Assembly: GCA_009924895.1 (NCBI GenBank)
Contig: RFQR01000003.1
Coordinates: 1,066-65,065 of the forward strand
Length of the DNA: 64,000 nucleotides
Direction of reading: 5' to 3'
Source of the DNA: a bacterium
GTDB taxonomy: Bacteria; Patescibacteriota; Minisyncoccia; Phycocordibacterales; UBA2100
The translations under genes were made by a program, and so were the position numbers. Positions within the stretch are counted from its first letter, which is position 1; each line of letters starts with the position of its first letter. Positions 46,351 through 56,377 of this stretch are shown piece by piece. The notes below the pieces were generated by a model. The model was not told the origin of the DNA and ran no database searches. It saw only the letters and a program-made list of their open reading frames with translations.

Positions 46351-47312
46351 GATTTTTGATTATTGTGCTTCTCTTGAGCGCGAGCCCTCTCTACGCACAA
46401 ACGTTCCAAGCCCCGCTTGAGCCGTCATTCTCCCTCAGTCCTTCCATCGTTACCCCCGGTGCTACGGTCCTGATTACTCTTAAAAATGTAGAAAACGCAC
46501 GGACTACCATGGTGCGCTGGTTTCGAGATGGAGTGCTTGTGGGCAGCGGGATCGGCATGACTGATATGCAAATAACCGCAAGCAATGCAGGCATAACATC
46601 AGTCGTCCAGGCGCAGCTTGAGAGTGGTGAGTCCGCAGAAATTCGCATACAACCTACATCGGTCGATCTTCTCTGGAGCGCTGATTCCTATGTTGCCCCC
46701 TTTTTTAAGGGAAGAGCACTTGCGGGGGCGGGGAGTGTCCTCCGATTTGAGGCGCTGCCTCACCTCTATCGTGACGGCGCCGCGCTTCCCGTTTCCGATC
46801 TCTTTTTTGTGTGGAAGGTAGACGGCGCCACGAAAAAGAATCTCTCGGGACGGGGGCGAAATACGATTGCGCTGCCCGACTCCTCGTTTCGCGTCGATGA
46901 AGTATCCGTCACCGTTGAAAATGATGATGGAACGATTCGGGGAACGGCACAGATGCGCATACCCCAGAGAGATACCGTACTCGAACTGTACCAAGAGCAT
47001 CCCCTCTTTGGCGTACTATTTCATAGTCCCATTCCCGACCAGTTTGTTACCAATAGCCGCGACATCATTGTCTTTGGAGTCCCGTGGTACGCCGGCACGG
47101 CGCAGGGAACTCGCGGGATTCAATACGAGTGGAAACTTGGTGAAAAGCAAGCACAGATTGACGAAGCCCATCCGTACCACATGTCAATTAACGCGAGCGC
47201 TCCGGTGAGTACTCAGGTCACCCTCTCAATACGCAACACCGCAACGTGGCTTGAAGACACGCGACGTACCTGGACGCTCTTTTTGGGCGAACGCGGTACA
47301 CTACTGCCATGA
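46347..47312 (+). CDS. Secreted hypothetical protein
   Basis: Signal peptide MRFLIIVLLLSASPLYAQT; overlaps the virB4 stop (ATGA). Confidence 0.45.
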   Translation: MRFLIIVLLLSASPLYAQTFQAPLEPSFSLSPSIVTPGATVLITLKNVENARTTMVRWFRDGVLVGSGIGMTDMQITASNAGITSVVQAQLESGESAEIRIQPTSVDLLWSADSYVAPFFKGRALAGAGSVLRFEALPHLYRDGAALPVSDLFFVWKVDGATKKNLSGRGRNTIALPDSSFRVDEVSVTVENDDGTIRGTAQMRIPQRDTVLELYQEHPLFGVLFHSPIPDQFVTNSRDIIVFGVPWYAGTAQGTRGIQYEWKLGEKQAQIDEAHPYHMSINASAPVSTQVTLSIRNTATWLEDTRRTWTLFLGERGTLLP

Positions 47313-48529
47313 ACCAGACAGTGCTTCGGATTGTTTCCCTTGGTGTCATGGTACTCTGCGTACTCTCACTCGCTCTGTGGTATACCGCCCTCTCGCGACA
47401 AAAAGCGACCATCACAACCCGTGATACTGCGCGGGGGTATAAAGCGGAAGAGCCGGTACCACCCATATCCCTCCTTGGCAGTACCTTCGAAAATATCTCG
47501 GCAGAAGTGGGAGCCTCGAGAGCAAGCTCCTCAGTAAAGACCCGGTCATCCCGTATTTATCGAGTAAGTCAGGCGCCTGTTGCAGGTATGGGATTCAAAA
47601 AAACAAATGAGGGGGTGCGTCTCCTTTTTGTTGAACGAGCGACCGGCCATATATTCTCAGAAAATCCTGAGACGGGTTCGATTGAGCGTATAAGTAATAT
47701 GCTTATACCTCGTATGTACGAAGCTTTGTGGAACACGAATGGCTTAGTTGCGCTTCGAGGGCTTGATGAAAATCTCGCTATCACCACCTTTGTTGCTTCA
47801 CCGGAGCGCAGTACCTCAAGTGCGAGCGTACTTACGGGGCAATTTTTGCCACCAAATATCGACTCATTTGTGTGGTCGCCATCAGGAAACGATTTTGCCT
47901 ATTCACTCCTCACTGATGCCGGCACCGCAATCTATCGCGGCGCCCCCGACAAGAAACCCTCTCTTATAGCAAGTTCGGGTGTGCGGGACTGGGGGCTTTT
48001 GTGGAGCGATCGTATTCTCGCACTTCAACGACCTGCAGCGAACACAAACGGCGCACTCTACTCACTCGGCGCGGGGGTATGGGAAAAACTGCTTGAAGCA
48101 CCGGCGCTCTCGATAACAGCGGAAACAGACGGGCTCGTTATAGCAAGCAGTGTCGTGGGCGGCTCTCCGTCAGCAACAATCTCATCTTCAAGCGCCGTAT
48201 CACGGCGCGCCACACTGCCTACGGTAGCAGACAAATGTGCATGGGGGTCGCTGCCAAAAACCACTGGTCGTGAAGAAAGAATTGCATACTGTGCTGTCCC
48301 CGAGTACGTATCTCGTGAATTTCCTGATTCCTGGTACCGCGGTTCAGAGCATACAACTGATACATGGTGGTCTATTGATGCCGTAACCGGCGATTCAAAA
48401 AAAATGCTGACTGACTCAGAGCTGCCGTCGTTTGATGTCATGCGGCCTCTTGTAAGTAGTGATGGTCGGTATCTTGCCTTTATGAATGCGCGTGATTTAT
48501 CGCTTTGGGTGGTAAAATTAAGCGATTAA
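47309..48529 (+). CDS. Membrane-anchored beta-propeller-like (TolB-like) protein
   Basis: N-terminal TM; a C-terminal DG..LAF repeat (SSDGRYLAF). Confidence 0.4.
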   Translation: MNQTVLRIVSLGVMVLCVLSLALWYTALSRQKATITTRDTARGYKAEEPVPPISLLGSTFENISAEVGASRASSSVKTRSSRIYRVSQAPVAGMGFKKTNEGVRLLFVERATGHIFSENPETGSIERISNMLIPRMYEALWNTNGLVALRGLDENLAITTFVASPERSTSSASVLTGQFLPPNIDSFVWSPSGNDFAYSLLTDAGTAIYRGAPDKKPSLIASSGVRDWGLLWSDRILALQRPAANTNGALYSLGAGVWEKLLEAPALSITAETDGLVIASSVVGGSPSATISSSSAVSRRATLPTVADKCAWGSLPKTTGREERIAYCAVPEYVSREFPDSWYRGSEHTTDTWWSIDAVTGDSKKMLTDSELPSFDVMRPLVSSDGRYLAFMNARDLSLWVVKLSD

Positions 48530-48531
48530 GT

Positions 48532-48897
48532 ATGTACCCGCCACCAAACCCTCTGGGAGTACAAGCGGTAAACAATGCAACCGACTTCATAGGAAAGTCT
48601 TTCGATTTTGGTAGCGGCTCAATTCCCGATATTCTTCAGGCATTTTTCTATATGGCGCTCTCAGTCGGCGCGATTCTCGCAGTGATTCGCATTTCGTGGG
48701 CGGGATATCTCTATGTCACGGGGGACATAAAGCCTGAGAACAAATCAAAAGCAAAAGAGGTACTTCAAGATGCAATACTAGGACTTATTATCTTGCTTTC
48801 GGTATGGGCGGTACTCAACACTATAAATCCCGACATCTTAAATAAAGATCCGTTTCGGAGCCTCAAAAGCATGAGCTCGGGTACCGCAGCGCCGTAA
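48532..48897 (+). CDS. TrbC/VirB2-family pilin
   Basis: LQAFFYMALSVGAILAVIRISWAGYLYVTGD...ILGLIILLSVWAVL are the two hydrophobic helices typical of VirB2 pilins. Confidence 0.6.
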   Translation: MYPPPNPLGVQAVNNATDFIGKSFDFGSGSIPDILQAFFYMALSVGAILAVIRISWAGYLYVTGDIKPENKSKAKEVLQDAILGLIILLSVWAVLNTINPDILNKDPFRSLKSMSSGTAAP

Positions 48898-48902
48898 AGA
48901 TG

Positions 48903-49361
48903 TTAGATGATATATTTGATAACGACTCGTCGATCGCGCCCTTCACCGCGCGATTCTGTTTTAATACCGGGTACGCCTTGCAGGGTGGAGTGAATGATGA
49001 GTCGCTCATATGCCGTCATAGGACTGAGTTCCACATCATATTTAAAGGCCTTCGCTCGCTCTGCCATCATGCGAGCCTTATCCTGGAGTTCTTTGATAAG
49101 CTCCGCACGATATCCCGCCACATCAATAAGCGCCATGCGCTCCTCTGAGACGCTCCCAAGAGGGGACTGCGCTTCGGCTATTTTCTTTACTACGTGATCA
49201 AGGGCGCGAATAGACTCGCCACGCTGTGCTTTCCAGGGAGTTGCGTCCTCAACGTCTATAGTAACAATGGCTTGCCCTGCGATTTCTCCGGTAGTGATGC
49301 CTTTATGGGTTACGCCAAGTGACTGAAGGAGGTCCGAAATAATAGGTGTCAAATCTTTCAT
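48903..49361 (-). CDS. jag: Jag/SpoIIIJ-associated KH-R3H RNA-binding protein
   Basis: An R3H domain, ERLIIHSTLQGVPGIKTESRGEGRDRRVVI, downstream of yidC. Confidence 0.8.
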   Translation of the reverse strand: MKDLTPIISDLLQSLGVTHKGITTGEIAGQAIVTIDVEDATPWKAQRGESIRALDHVVKKIAEAQSPLGSVSEERMALIDVAGYRAELIKELQDKARMMAERAKAFKYDVELSPMTAYERLIIHSTLQGVPGIKTESRGEGRDRRVVIKYII

Positions 49362-50092
49362 CGCCTCTGTATATCAGAAAATCGTCTCCCCGACAAATAC
49401 TCCTGAGCGATCATAAAACAATTTCCGGTTAACCAGTAGAGAGGAGCGGCGGCGGCAACATAGTACGAAAAGACCCCGAAGAGTACGGGAAGGGCGTAGC
49501 GCGCCTGGAGATCAAAGCTTGCTGCCATATCCTCGGAAAACGATGATTTTTCGATGATCTGTTTTGTGCGCGGACCCATAGCGAGCCGGGTATAGAGCGC
49601 TTGGGAGAGTGCGACCAAGACTGCAAGCACCATGCTCTTGCCGCCCAAATCGATAACTCCGAGAAACTGCATATGAATTGACTCCGGGGCGTGTACAAAC
49701 GAGTAGAGAAGGGTAGTGTCAACCGTGGGGAGGCCTGCGAGTGCAAAAATCCAATAGAGCGCGAGCAAAATGGGGATCTGGATGAGAAGGAGGAGGAGTC
49801 CCGAAAACGGATTAACTCCTTTCTCACGATAGAGCTTAAAAATGGCTTCGTTCTGGGCTTTTAAGTCATCTTTAAACTTCTTTTTTACTTCCTCAATTGC
49901 GGGTGCCACCTCTTTCATTTTTTGTTGCGAGGCAATCGCCCGTTTTGAAAGAGGGTAGAGCACCAGGCGCACAACAATAGTAAGTGCAATAATCGCAAAA
50001 CCCATGTCGTGAAAGGGCATCCAGTCTACGATGCCGATGAGGGCGTTGTAGAGCGGAACATACACGCCGACATGGAATGCATGGGAAATCAT
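49358..50092 (-). CDS. yidC: Membrane protein insertase YidC/Oxa1 (short form)
   Basis: PLSKRAIASQQKMKEVAPAIEEVKKKFKDD, the 60 kDa inner-membrane protein family core. Confidence 0.85.
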   Translation of the reverse strand: MISHAFHVGVYVPLYNALIGIVDWMPFHDMGFAIIALTIVVRLVLYPLSKRAIASQQKMKEVAPAIEEVKKKFKDDLKAQNEAIFKLYREKGVNPFSGLLLLLIQIPILLALYWIFALAGLPTVDTTLLYSFVHAPESIHMQFLGVIDLGGKSMVLAVLVALSQALYTRLAMGPRTKQIIEKSSFSEDMAASFDLQARYALPVLFGVFSYYVAAAAPLYWLTGNCFMIAQEYLSGRRFSDIQRR

Positions 50093-50111
50093 GGCTGTAA
50101 GTGTCGCATAT

Positions 50112-50432
50112 TTAGGGCATTGAGGCTATTCCAAAGGCCTTCTGAAGTGCGGCATGAAGATTGGCTGTACACTCTTCAAACGTGCGCGGGTGCGTACGAA
50201 TGTGAACAACGAGAAGAGTTCGCGCGGGGAGCGGTGTCTTGCGCAACGCCTCCCGATACCAGCGCTTCAGGCGGTTACGCGCAACGGCGCTGCGAGCGAC
50301 CTTTTTGGAGACAACACACGTATACCGCGTCTGCAAACTGGGAGCAATGAGAAGAAGAAGTGCTGGGGTAGAGGAGCGCTGAAATACCGAGACGGGTATC
50401 TGCGCGATTACTTCCCGGGAAACCCGAGTCAT
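50112..50432 (-). CDS. rnpA: RNase P protein component
   Basis: VSKKVARSAVARNRLKRWYRE; follows rpmH. Confidence 0.85.
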   Translation of the reverse strand: MTRVSREVIAQIPVSVFQRSSTPALLLLIAPSLQTRYTCVVSKKVARSAVARNRLKRWYREALRKTPLPARTLLVVHIRTHPRTFEECTANLHAALQKAFGIASMP

Positions 50433-50435
50433 GGG

Positions 50436-50570
50436 CTAAGCTGAGAGGCGTGTGCGTCCTTTGCGACGACGACGCACAAGCATCTTACGTCCTCCAACCG
50501 TTTTGAGTCGTGCTCGAAAACCATGCGTACGTGCACGCTTGCGTTTTTTAGGTTGGTATCTGCGTTTCAT
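50436..50570 (-). CDS. rpmH: 50S ribosomal protein L34 (not in the ORF track)
   Basis: Hand translation of the minus strand gives [44 protein letters not shown]. Confidence 0.9.
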   Translation of the reverse strand: MKRRYQPKKRKRARTHGFRARLKTVGGRKMLVRRRRKGRTRLSA

Positions 50571-50627
50571 GGGAAAGAGTATAGACTAAAAGCGTCAAAA
50601 CTTCAATGGTTGGGGTGTGAATTGAGG

Positions 50628-50647
50628 CTATCCACATCTTATCCCCA
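50628..50647 (+). promoter_or_regulatory. Two tandem DnaA-box-like 9-mers upstream of dnaA
   Basis: CTATCCACA and TTATCCCCA. A TATAAT lies at 50693..50698, 11 nt before the dnaA ATG. Confidence 0.5.
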
Positions 50648-50708
50648 TAAAAAATGTGTTTGTCTCCGCCTCGCTTTGAAACCTTACCTGCGTATAATGC
50701 ACTCTACT

Positions 50709-52061
50709 ATGCAAGAAATGAGTAATCGCGAGCTCTGGCAGAATGCACTTGTTCAGATTGAGCTCGGCACCTCGCCTGCAAGCTTTCACACTTGGTTCCG
50801 TTCGACCGACATCACCCATCGCGACTCAGGCACCGTACAAGTCGCTGTTCCCTCGAAGATCGTTAAAGAATGGTTATCGCAAAAACACCACAAAACGATT
50901 CTTGGCGCACTACGAAACCTCGACAGCTCAATCCGCACTGTGGAATATGTAGTGCATCGGGTATTACCAAAAGAGGAGCGTCGCAAAAAGGCACAGCCAC
51001 CAACAAACGCCTCCCTCGATCTCCAGGCACTCTATATCGACAAACGCGACAACCTAAACCCTCGATACACCTTCGAAACCTTTATCGTGGGTCCTTTTAA
51101 TGAGCTCGCACACGCTGCGTCAAAAGCAGTCGTAGAGCGGCCCGGGCTTTCGTATAATCCGCTCTTTATTTATGGCTCGACCGGACACGGAAAAACGCAT
51201 CTTATCCAAGCAATTGGCAATCACTTCAAAAAAACACATGCGAACAAGAAGGTGTTTTATGTCACTTCTGAGCGCTTTGCTGTCGATTACATCAACTCAG
51301 TTCGTGCGGGACGCGCAAACGCCTTTAAAGACCAGTATCGCCAGTATGACGTCCTTATCATGGACGACGTCCAGTTCATCGCAAACACTGAAAAGACTCA
51401 GGAGGAGCTTTTCCACCTTTTTAACGCGCTGCGCGACAGCAACAAGCAAATTATTTTTTCATCAGATAAACACCCTGCGCTTCTTCCTGGATTTGAAGAT
51501 CGTATAAAGGGCCGCTTTAGCGCAGGCCTTATCGCTGAAATCCCTGAGCCTGATGTTGAATCTCGTATTGCCATCATACGCGCAAAGCTCGACCAGCACG
51601 GTTTTTCTCTCGGAGAAGACATTATTCAGCACCTTGCAGAGAACGTGCGCGGCAACATTCGCGAACTCGAAGGCATTCTCAATATGATTGTCTGCAAATC
51701 ACAACTCAAAGGCCGCCCCGTCACCATTCTCGATGTTCGCTCGTTAGTAAAGCACAACGTCAAACCGAGTCGGGGAATTTCGATTGAAGAAGTGATTCGC
51801 CGCGTGTCGCAGTACTACGAAGTGCCTGAGAAAAATATTCTCGAAAAAACACGTAAGAAAGAAGTAGTGAAGCCACGACAGGTGATTATGTATCTTTTGC
51901 GTGAAGAGTTTAATGTTTCTTTTCCAACGATTGGGGAAAAGCTGGGAGGACGCGATCACACAACCGTTATTCACTCATGCGAAAAAATCAAGACCGACCT
52001 CAAAAATTCACCGGCGCTTGAACAAGAACTGGATCATGTTCGTTCACTTCTTCACTCGTGA
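50709..52061 (+). CDS. dnaA: Chromosomal replication initiator DnaA
   Basis: Walker A GSTGHGKTHL, the AAA+ core, and a C-terminal DNA-binding domain. Start at MQEMSNRELW; the long ORF-track N-extension was discarded. Confidence 0.9.
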   Translation: MQEMSNRELWQNALVQIELGTSPASFHTWFRSTDITHRDSGTVQVAVPSKIVKEWLSQKHHKTILGALRNLDSSIRTVEYVVHRVLPKEERRKKAQPPTNASLDLQALYIDKRDNLNPRYTFETFIVGPFNELAHAASKAVVERPGLSYNPLFIYGSTGHGKTHLIQAIGNHFKKTHANKKVFYVTSERFAVDYINSVRAGRANAFKDQYRQYDVLIMDDVQFIANTEKTQEELFHLFNALRDSNKQIIFSSDKHPALLPGFEDRIKGRFSAGLIAEIPEPDVESRIAIIRAKLDQHGFSLGEDIIQHLAENVRGNIRELEGILNMIVCKSQLKGRPVTILDVRSLVKHNVKPSRGISIEEVIRRVSQYYEVPEKNILEKTRKKEVVKPRQVIMYLLREEFNVSFPTIGEKLGGRDHTTVIHSCEKIKTDLKNSPALEQELDHVRSLLHS

Positions 52062-52271
52062 ACAGCATGTGAACAGTACTGAAAAACAGTATGAACAACC
52101 ACTGCATATGCACTACCAAGTATCTCCATGCACCTCAACTACTCTCATAATCCACACATCTCACCGCGATTATTCCAAAACTATTCACAGAAAAAAATTC
52201 TCGGAACATCATATCTTGTTTGATAAAAAACACTTATTCACAGTACTAACAGCACTAATAGTAATAGTAAT
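52062..52271. other. Candidate oriC: AT-rich dnaA-dnaN intergenic region with three same-orientation DnaA-box-like 9-mers
   Basis: TAATCCACA (52148), CTATTCACA (52181), TTATTCACA (52234), plus A/T tracts (aaaaaaattc, aatagtaatagtaat). Confidence 0.55.
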
Positions 52272-53363
52272 ATGAATTTTATAACTACAAGAGAATACCT
52301 TCTCCGAACAATTGCACTCACTGAGCGTGTGGTTGGAAAAAAAGAATCACTCCCGGTTCTCTCATGTTTTTCAATAACAATAGAAAATGAATGCGTTGTG
52401 CGAGCAACGAATCTTGAGTCAGGAGTCCAAGTGGTAGTACCGGGCGAGATAAAAGAAAAAGGGGTTATTGCAGTTCCCGCCGCACTTTTTAGCTCAGTAG
52501 TCCGTTCGCTCTCCTCTGACCCTATAACACTTCGTAGCGAAGGAGATAATCTTCTTGTGGAAGCTAAAGGAAGTAAAACCCTGGTAAAGTGTGTTCCTCA
52601 TGAAGAATTTCCCGTGTTTTCAATGGCACAAGGAGAAACTGAAGTGTTGCCCCGTGTCGAACTTATCAAAGCGATACAATCGGTACTGTACGCGGCCTCG
52701 CCGTCAATGATACGCCCCGAGCTGGGAAGCGTTCTGGTGCGCTGTGACGAGGGAGAGCTTATCTCCGCAGCAACCGACTCATTTCGTTTAGCTGAGAAGA
52801 GAATACGCGGCCTCACAGGTGGTTCTATTGAACTCCTTATTCCACTCAAGCATGCACAAGAGCTGCTGCACATCCTTGAGAAAATATCAGGTGATACGCT
52901 CTCGATTGCAATCTCGGACTCTCAGTTGGTGGTGAAGGTTGAAGCGGTTATCTTTTTTTCTCGCATTACCGAAGGTTCGTTTCCTCAGTATACGGAGGTT
53001 ATTCCAAAGCAGTTTTCTACCGAGGCGATAGTTCTTAAGAGTGACCTATCTGACACACTCAAAAAGGCACGACTCTTCTCGGGTACTGACCACCATATCG
53101 GTTTTCATCTCTACCCGAAGCGAAAGATTTTTTCTGCAACGGCGCAGAGTCCGAATGTAGGGGAAATGTCAGAGGTCCTCGAAGGATCAATAACCGGTGA
53201 GGATCTTGATATTAACTTTCACTTAGGCTACCTCGGTGACTGTCTCGCAAGCATTCCGTCGGACAGTGTTACCTTGCAATTTGCAGGCGTCGGGCGGCCA
53301 CTCGTTATGCGCGGAGTTTCCGATACGACTTTTACGTACCTGGTAATGCCACTCAATCGATAG
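52272..53363 (+). CDS. dnaN: DNA polymerase III beta sliding clamp
   Basis: Three-domain beta clamp, 363 aa, immediately after dnaA. Confidence 0.85.
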   Translation: MNFITTREYLLRTIALTERVVGKKESLPVLSCFSITIENECVVRATNLESGVQVVVPGEIKEKGVIAVPAALFSSVVRSLSSDPITLRSEGDNLLVEAKGSKTLVKCVPHEEFPVFSMAQGETEVLPRVELIKAIQSVLYAASPSMIRPELGSVLVRCDEGELISAATDSFRLAEKRIRGLTGGSIELLIPLKHAQELLHILEKISGDTLSIAISDSQLVVKVEAVIFFSRITEGSFPQYTEVIPKQFSTEAIVLKSDLSDTLKKARLFSGTDHHIGFHLYPKRKIFSATAQSPNVGEMSEVLEGSITGEDLDINFHLGYLGDCLASIPSDSVTLQFAGVGRPLVMRGVSDTTFTYLVMPLNR

Positions 53364-53364
53364 G

Positions 53365-55851
53365 TTATTGGATACTAAAGACGACGGTATCCTCTTCAGC
53401 GCCAAAGTTACTTTCTGCAACAGCGCGCACGGTTGCTTGCCCTGTTGCGTTTGGCATGTAGGAAAGTGAGAACGGTTCGCGGTTTGATGCGCCCAAAAAT
53501 GTACCGTTGATATAAAAAGCAACGCGAGTCACCGTTTCCGGGTTTGGGTGGCGTACCTGCACGGTGAGTAACTGTCCTCGACTCACCGCAGTGCCGTTTT
53601 GCGGGAACGCAATTTTGAAATGAGGTTTTGCTGAAACAGGTGGTGGCACATTGGTCTGTGCACCAGGAATTGCGATGGGGTTTTCGCTTGCCCACAGTGC
53701 GACAGGATAGTCCCAACGGGCAAACTGCTCTTCACGCCACGATGCGCCCATACTTCCCGCACGAGGATTGCTTGCATCTACCCAGTAGAGAATCTCGTGC
53801 ACGCCTTTGCTTGGGTCGGTATTCCAGTTGCCGCGCAAGACCGGTGGTAATTGCGCAACGTCAGGATCGGGTGATGGCGGAGCAAAATCAGTCGGCGGAT
53901 ATTTCTTCATTGCAAACTCAAAAAACTCGTGCCACATCGGAGCGATAATAAAGGCGGCGATTTTTTTCACCATCGGAATGTTGTTGTTATTCCCTGCCCA
54001 TGCACCCACCGCAAGTTCCGGCGTGTACCCAATAATCCATACGTCGCGGTAGTCGTTCGTGGTTCCGGTTTTGGCCGCGACGTGCAGTCCCGGAAAATAG
54101 AGCGGCGAGGTGGCTCCAAATTCTGGCGTGCGCGCCTCGTTGTCGGCAAGAACATCACTAATTTGTCGCGCGACCTCGGTATTAATGACGCGAGTTGGAT
54201 CGGGTTTGTACTCTTCAAGAGTAGAGCCCGAGCGATCTTTTACCGATATGATTGGCGTTACAGGATTTTTGATACCTTCATTTGCAAAAACGCTGTAAGC
54301 ACCCACCATATCAAGCAGCGTTACCTCGCCACCACCTAAAACCAGCGTGAGGCCGTATCGAGAGGCGTTGGTAAGCGTCGTAATGCCCATAGTGCTTGCC
54401 ATAGTGAGTGAGTCTTTGATGCCCGCGAGGAAAAGCGTTTTGACGGCAGGAATGTTTTTTGATTGTGCGAGCGCGTCGCGCATGGACATGGGCCCCGCCC
54501 ATTTTCCGTCATAGTTTTCTGGGCTATAGCACGGAGGTTCGTCGGAGAAATCGTTCGGAGCGCATAGTGATGAAAACTGCGTCTTCAAGTCAAAGAGCAT
54601 GGTGTCGGGAGTATATCCCTTTTCAAATGCCGTCGCGTACACAAAGGGTTTAAATGCAGACCCAGGCTGTCGGTATGCAGTTGCGATATTAAATTTTCCG
54701 TCAATACCGTCATCAAAGTACCCGCGAGAACCAACCATGGTGAGAATCTGTCCCGTTTTTGGATTAACTGCGACGAGGCCCGCGTTCTCAGCGTTAAAAT
54801 TCTTCTCATTTTGAAGCGCATTGCGACGCACTACCTCTTCTGCCTCTTTTTGCAAATCATAATCGATTGTTGTGATGACCTGGAGACCGCCGTTTGACAC
54901 GGCATCAGCGCCATATTTGGTTTCAAGATATTCCCGTACAAAAAATACAAAGTGTGGAGCCTTAATGCCCGAGTCAGACTCCTCATTAAAGGTGACTTTT
55001 TCAGCAAGCGCTTTCTCGTACTCGGCGCCGGTGAGAGATCCGAGTTCGCGCATGCGAGAAAGTACAAGATTTTTTCGCTTTTCAAGTTCGTCACGGTGTG
55101 ATCCGTAGGGGGAGTAACGAGTAGGCGCTTGTGGCAAGGCGGCAAGGTATGCGGACTGTGCGACGGAGAGGTCTTTTGCGGCGATGCCAAAAAAGTATTG
55201 GCTCGCCTCTTCTATACCGTAGATAGTACCGCCATACGGAATTTCGTTGAGATACGTTTCTAAAATCTGGTCCTTTGTATACGTTCGTTCAAGCTTAAGC
55301 GCGAGAATAATCTCTTTGATTTTGCGGGTTATGTTTTTATCTTGCGTAAGGAGCGTGTTCTTTACTACCTGCTGCGTAATCGTTGAGCCACCCTGGGTGT
55401 ACCCTCCTGTTGTAAGGTTGACCCATACGGCCCGCAAAAATGCGAGGGGCCGCACCCCCGCATGTTCGTAAAATGTGGCATCCTCTATCGCAATTGAAGC
55501 GTGTTTTGCACTCTCTGCAATTTCAGAGAGGGGAACTGCAGTACGTCGCATGGTGCCGTGCACGTCGTATAAAAGAACCGTTCCCGTGCGGTCATAAATC
55601 TTGGTCGATTCGGCAACGCGGCGATTTTGGAAGTTATCTATTGACGGAATTGAAATAAACAGTGCCCACGCAGCGGTGATGCCGGCAAAGAACACTATCG
55701 AAGCGCCAATACCAAGAAAGAGCGAGCGAATAATGTGGCGGGGGCCGCGGCGAATGTGTCGCGCCACGTGGTGTTTCCCCTGATTAAAAAAATGACGAAC
55801 CATGGTGTAGAAAACAGGTGGATTGTAACGCTTTTCCAGTGTTTTTTCCAC
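53365..55851 (-). CDS. Penicillin-binding protein 1A-type bifunctional transglycosylase/transpeptidase
   Basis: GT51 motifs (EDATFYEHAGV, GGSTITQQ) and the transpeptidase SAFKP. GTG start at 55851, or the ATG at 55803. Confidence 0.85.
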   Translation of the reverse strand: MEKTLEKRYNPPVFYTMVRHFFNQGKHHVARHIRRGPRHIIRSLFLGIGASIVFFAGITAAWALFISIPSIDNFQNRRVAESTKIYDRTGTVLLYDVHGTMRRTAVPLSEIAESAKHASIAIEDATFYEHAGVRPLAFLRAVWVNLTTGGYTQGGSTITQQVVKNTLLTQDKNITRKIKEIILALKLERTYTKDQILETYLNEIPYGGTIYGIEEASQYFFGIAAKDLSVAQSAYLAALPQAPTRYSPYGSHRDELEKRKNLVLSRMRELGSLTGAEYEKALAEKVTFNEESDSGIKAPHFVFFVREYLETKYGADAVSNGGLQVITTIDYDLQKEAEEVVRRNALQNEKNFNAENAGLVAVNPKTGQILTMVGSRGYFDDGIDGKFNIATAYRQPGSAFKPFVYATAFEKGYTPDTMLFDLKTQFSSLCAPNDFSDEPPCYSPENYDGKWAGPMSMRDALAQSKNIPAVKTLFLAGIKDSLTMASTMGITTLTNASRYGLTLVLGGGEVTLLDMVGAYSVFANEGIKNPVTPIISVKDRSGSTLEEYKPDPTRVINTEVARQISDVLADNEARTPEFGATSPLYFPGLHVAAKTGTTNDYRDVWIIGYTPELAVGAWAGNNNNIPMVKKIAAFIIAPMWHEFFEFAMKKYPPTDFAPPSPDPDVAQLPPVLRGNWNTDPSKGVHEILYWVDASNPRAGSMGASWREEQFARWDYPVALWASENPIAIPGAQTNVPPPVSAKPHFKIAFPQNGTAVSRGQLLTVQVRHPNPETVTRVAFYINGTFLGASNREPFSLSYMPNATGQATVRAVAESNFGAEEDTVVFSIQ

Positions 55852-56322
55852 TTACCGCACGGATGCCAAGTGGGTAACAGCAATACCAATTGCGTCGTAT
55901 TCGTCATCAAGTAGTACTTTTTTGTCGATTTTCAAAAGCGCGTGGAGAAGCCGGGAGACCGCGGTTTTGTCAGAGCCACCCCATCCGGTTACAGCAGCCT
56001 TTACCTGCATCGGAGTGTATTCGTAAATAGGAAGCCCTGCCTCATGGGCAACATAGATAAGTGCGCCGCGCACCTCGGCGACGTTCATTGCGGTCTTTTG
56101 GTTGTTGCTCACGAAAAGTTTCTCAAGCGCGATTGTGTCGGGTTTAAATTCGGTGATAAGCCGTGAGCATTCGTTCGCAACGCCCGCAAGACGGGCATAG
56201 AAATCTAATTTTGAGGATGTTTCAACGCACATTGAATTGATCCACTTCTCTTTGCCATTAACACGATCGACAACCGCAAATCCACATCGGCCAAACCCGG
56301 GGTCTATCGCAAGAACGCGCAT
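55852..56322 (-). CDS. ruvC: Holliday junction resolvase RuvC
   Basis: MRVLAIDPGFGRCGFAV. Confidence 0.85.
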   Translation of the reverse strand: MRVLAIDPGFGRCGFAVVDRVNGKEKWINSMCVETSSKLDFYARLAGVANECSRLITEFKPDTIALEKLFVSNNQKTAMNVAEVRGALIYVAHEAGLPIYEYTPMQVKAAVTGWGGSDKTAVSRLLHALLKIDKKVLLDDEYDAIGIAVTHLASVR

Positions 56323-56377
56323 GACAATAAGTATCAAGCATCAACAGGCAAGCATCAAGGAACTAATCCCTGACCTA

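Noticed and set aside
52062-52271. Short ORF 51901..52275 spanning the dnaA-dnaN spacer
   Set aside because: It runs from inside dnaA across the AT-rich DnaA-box region, which is better explained as oriC.
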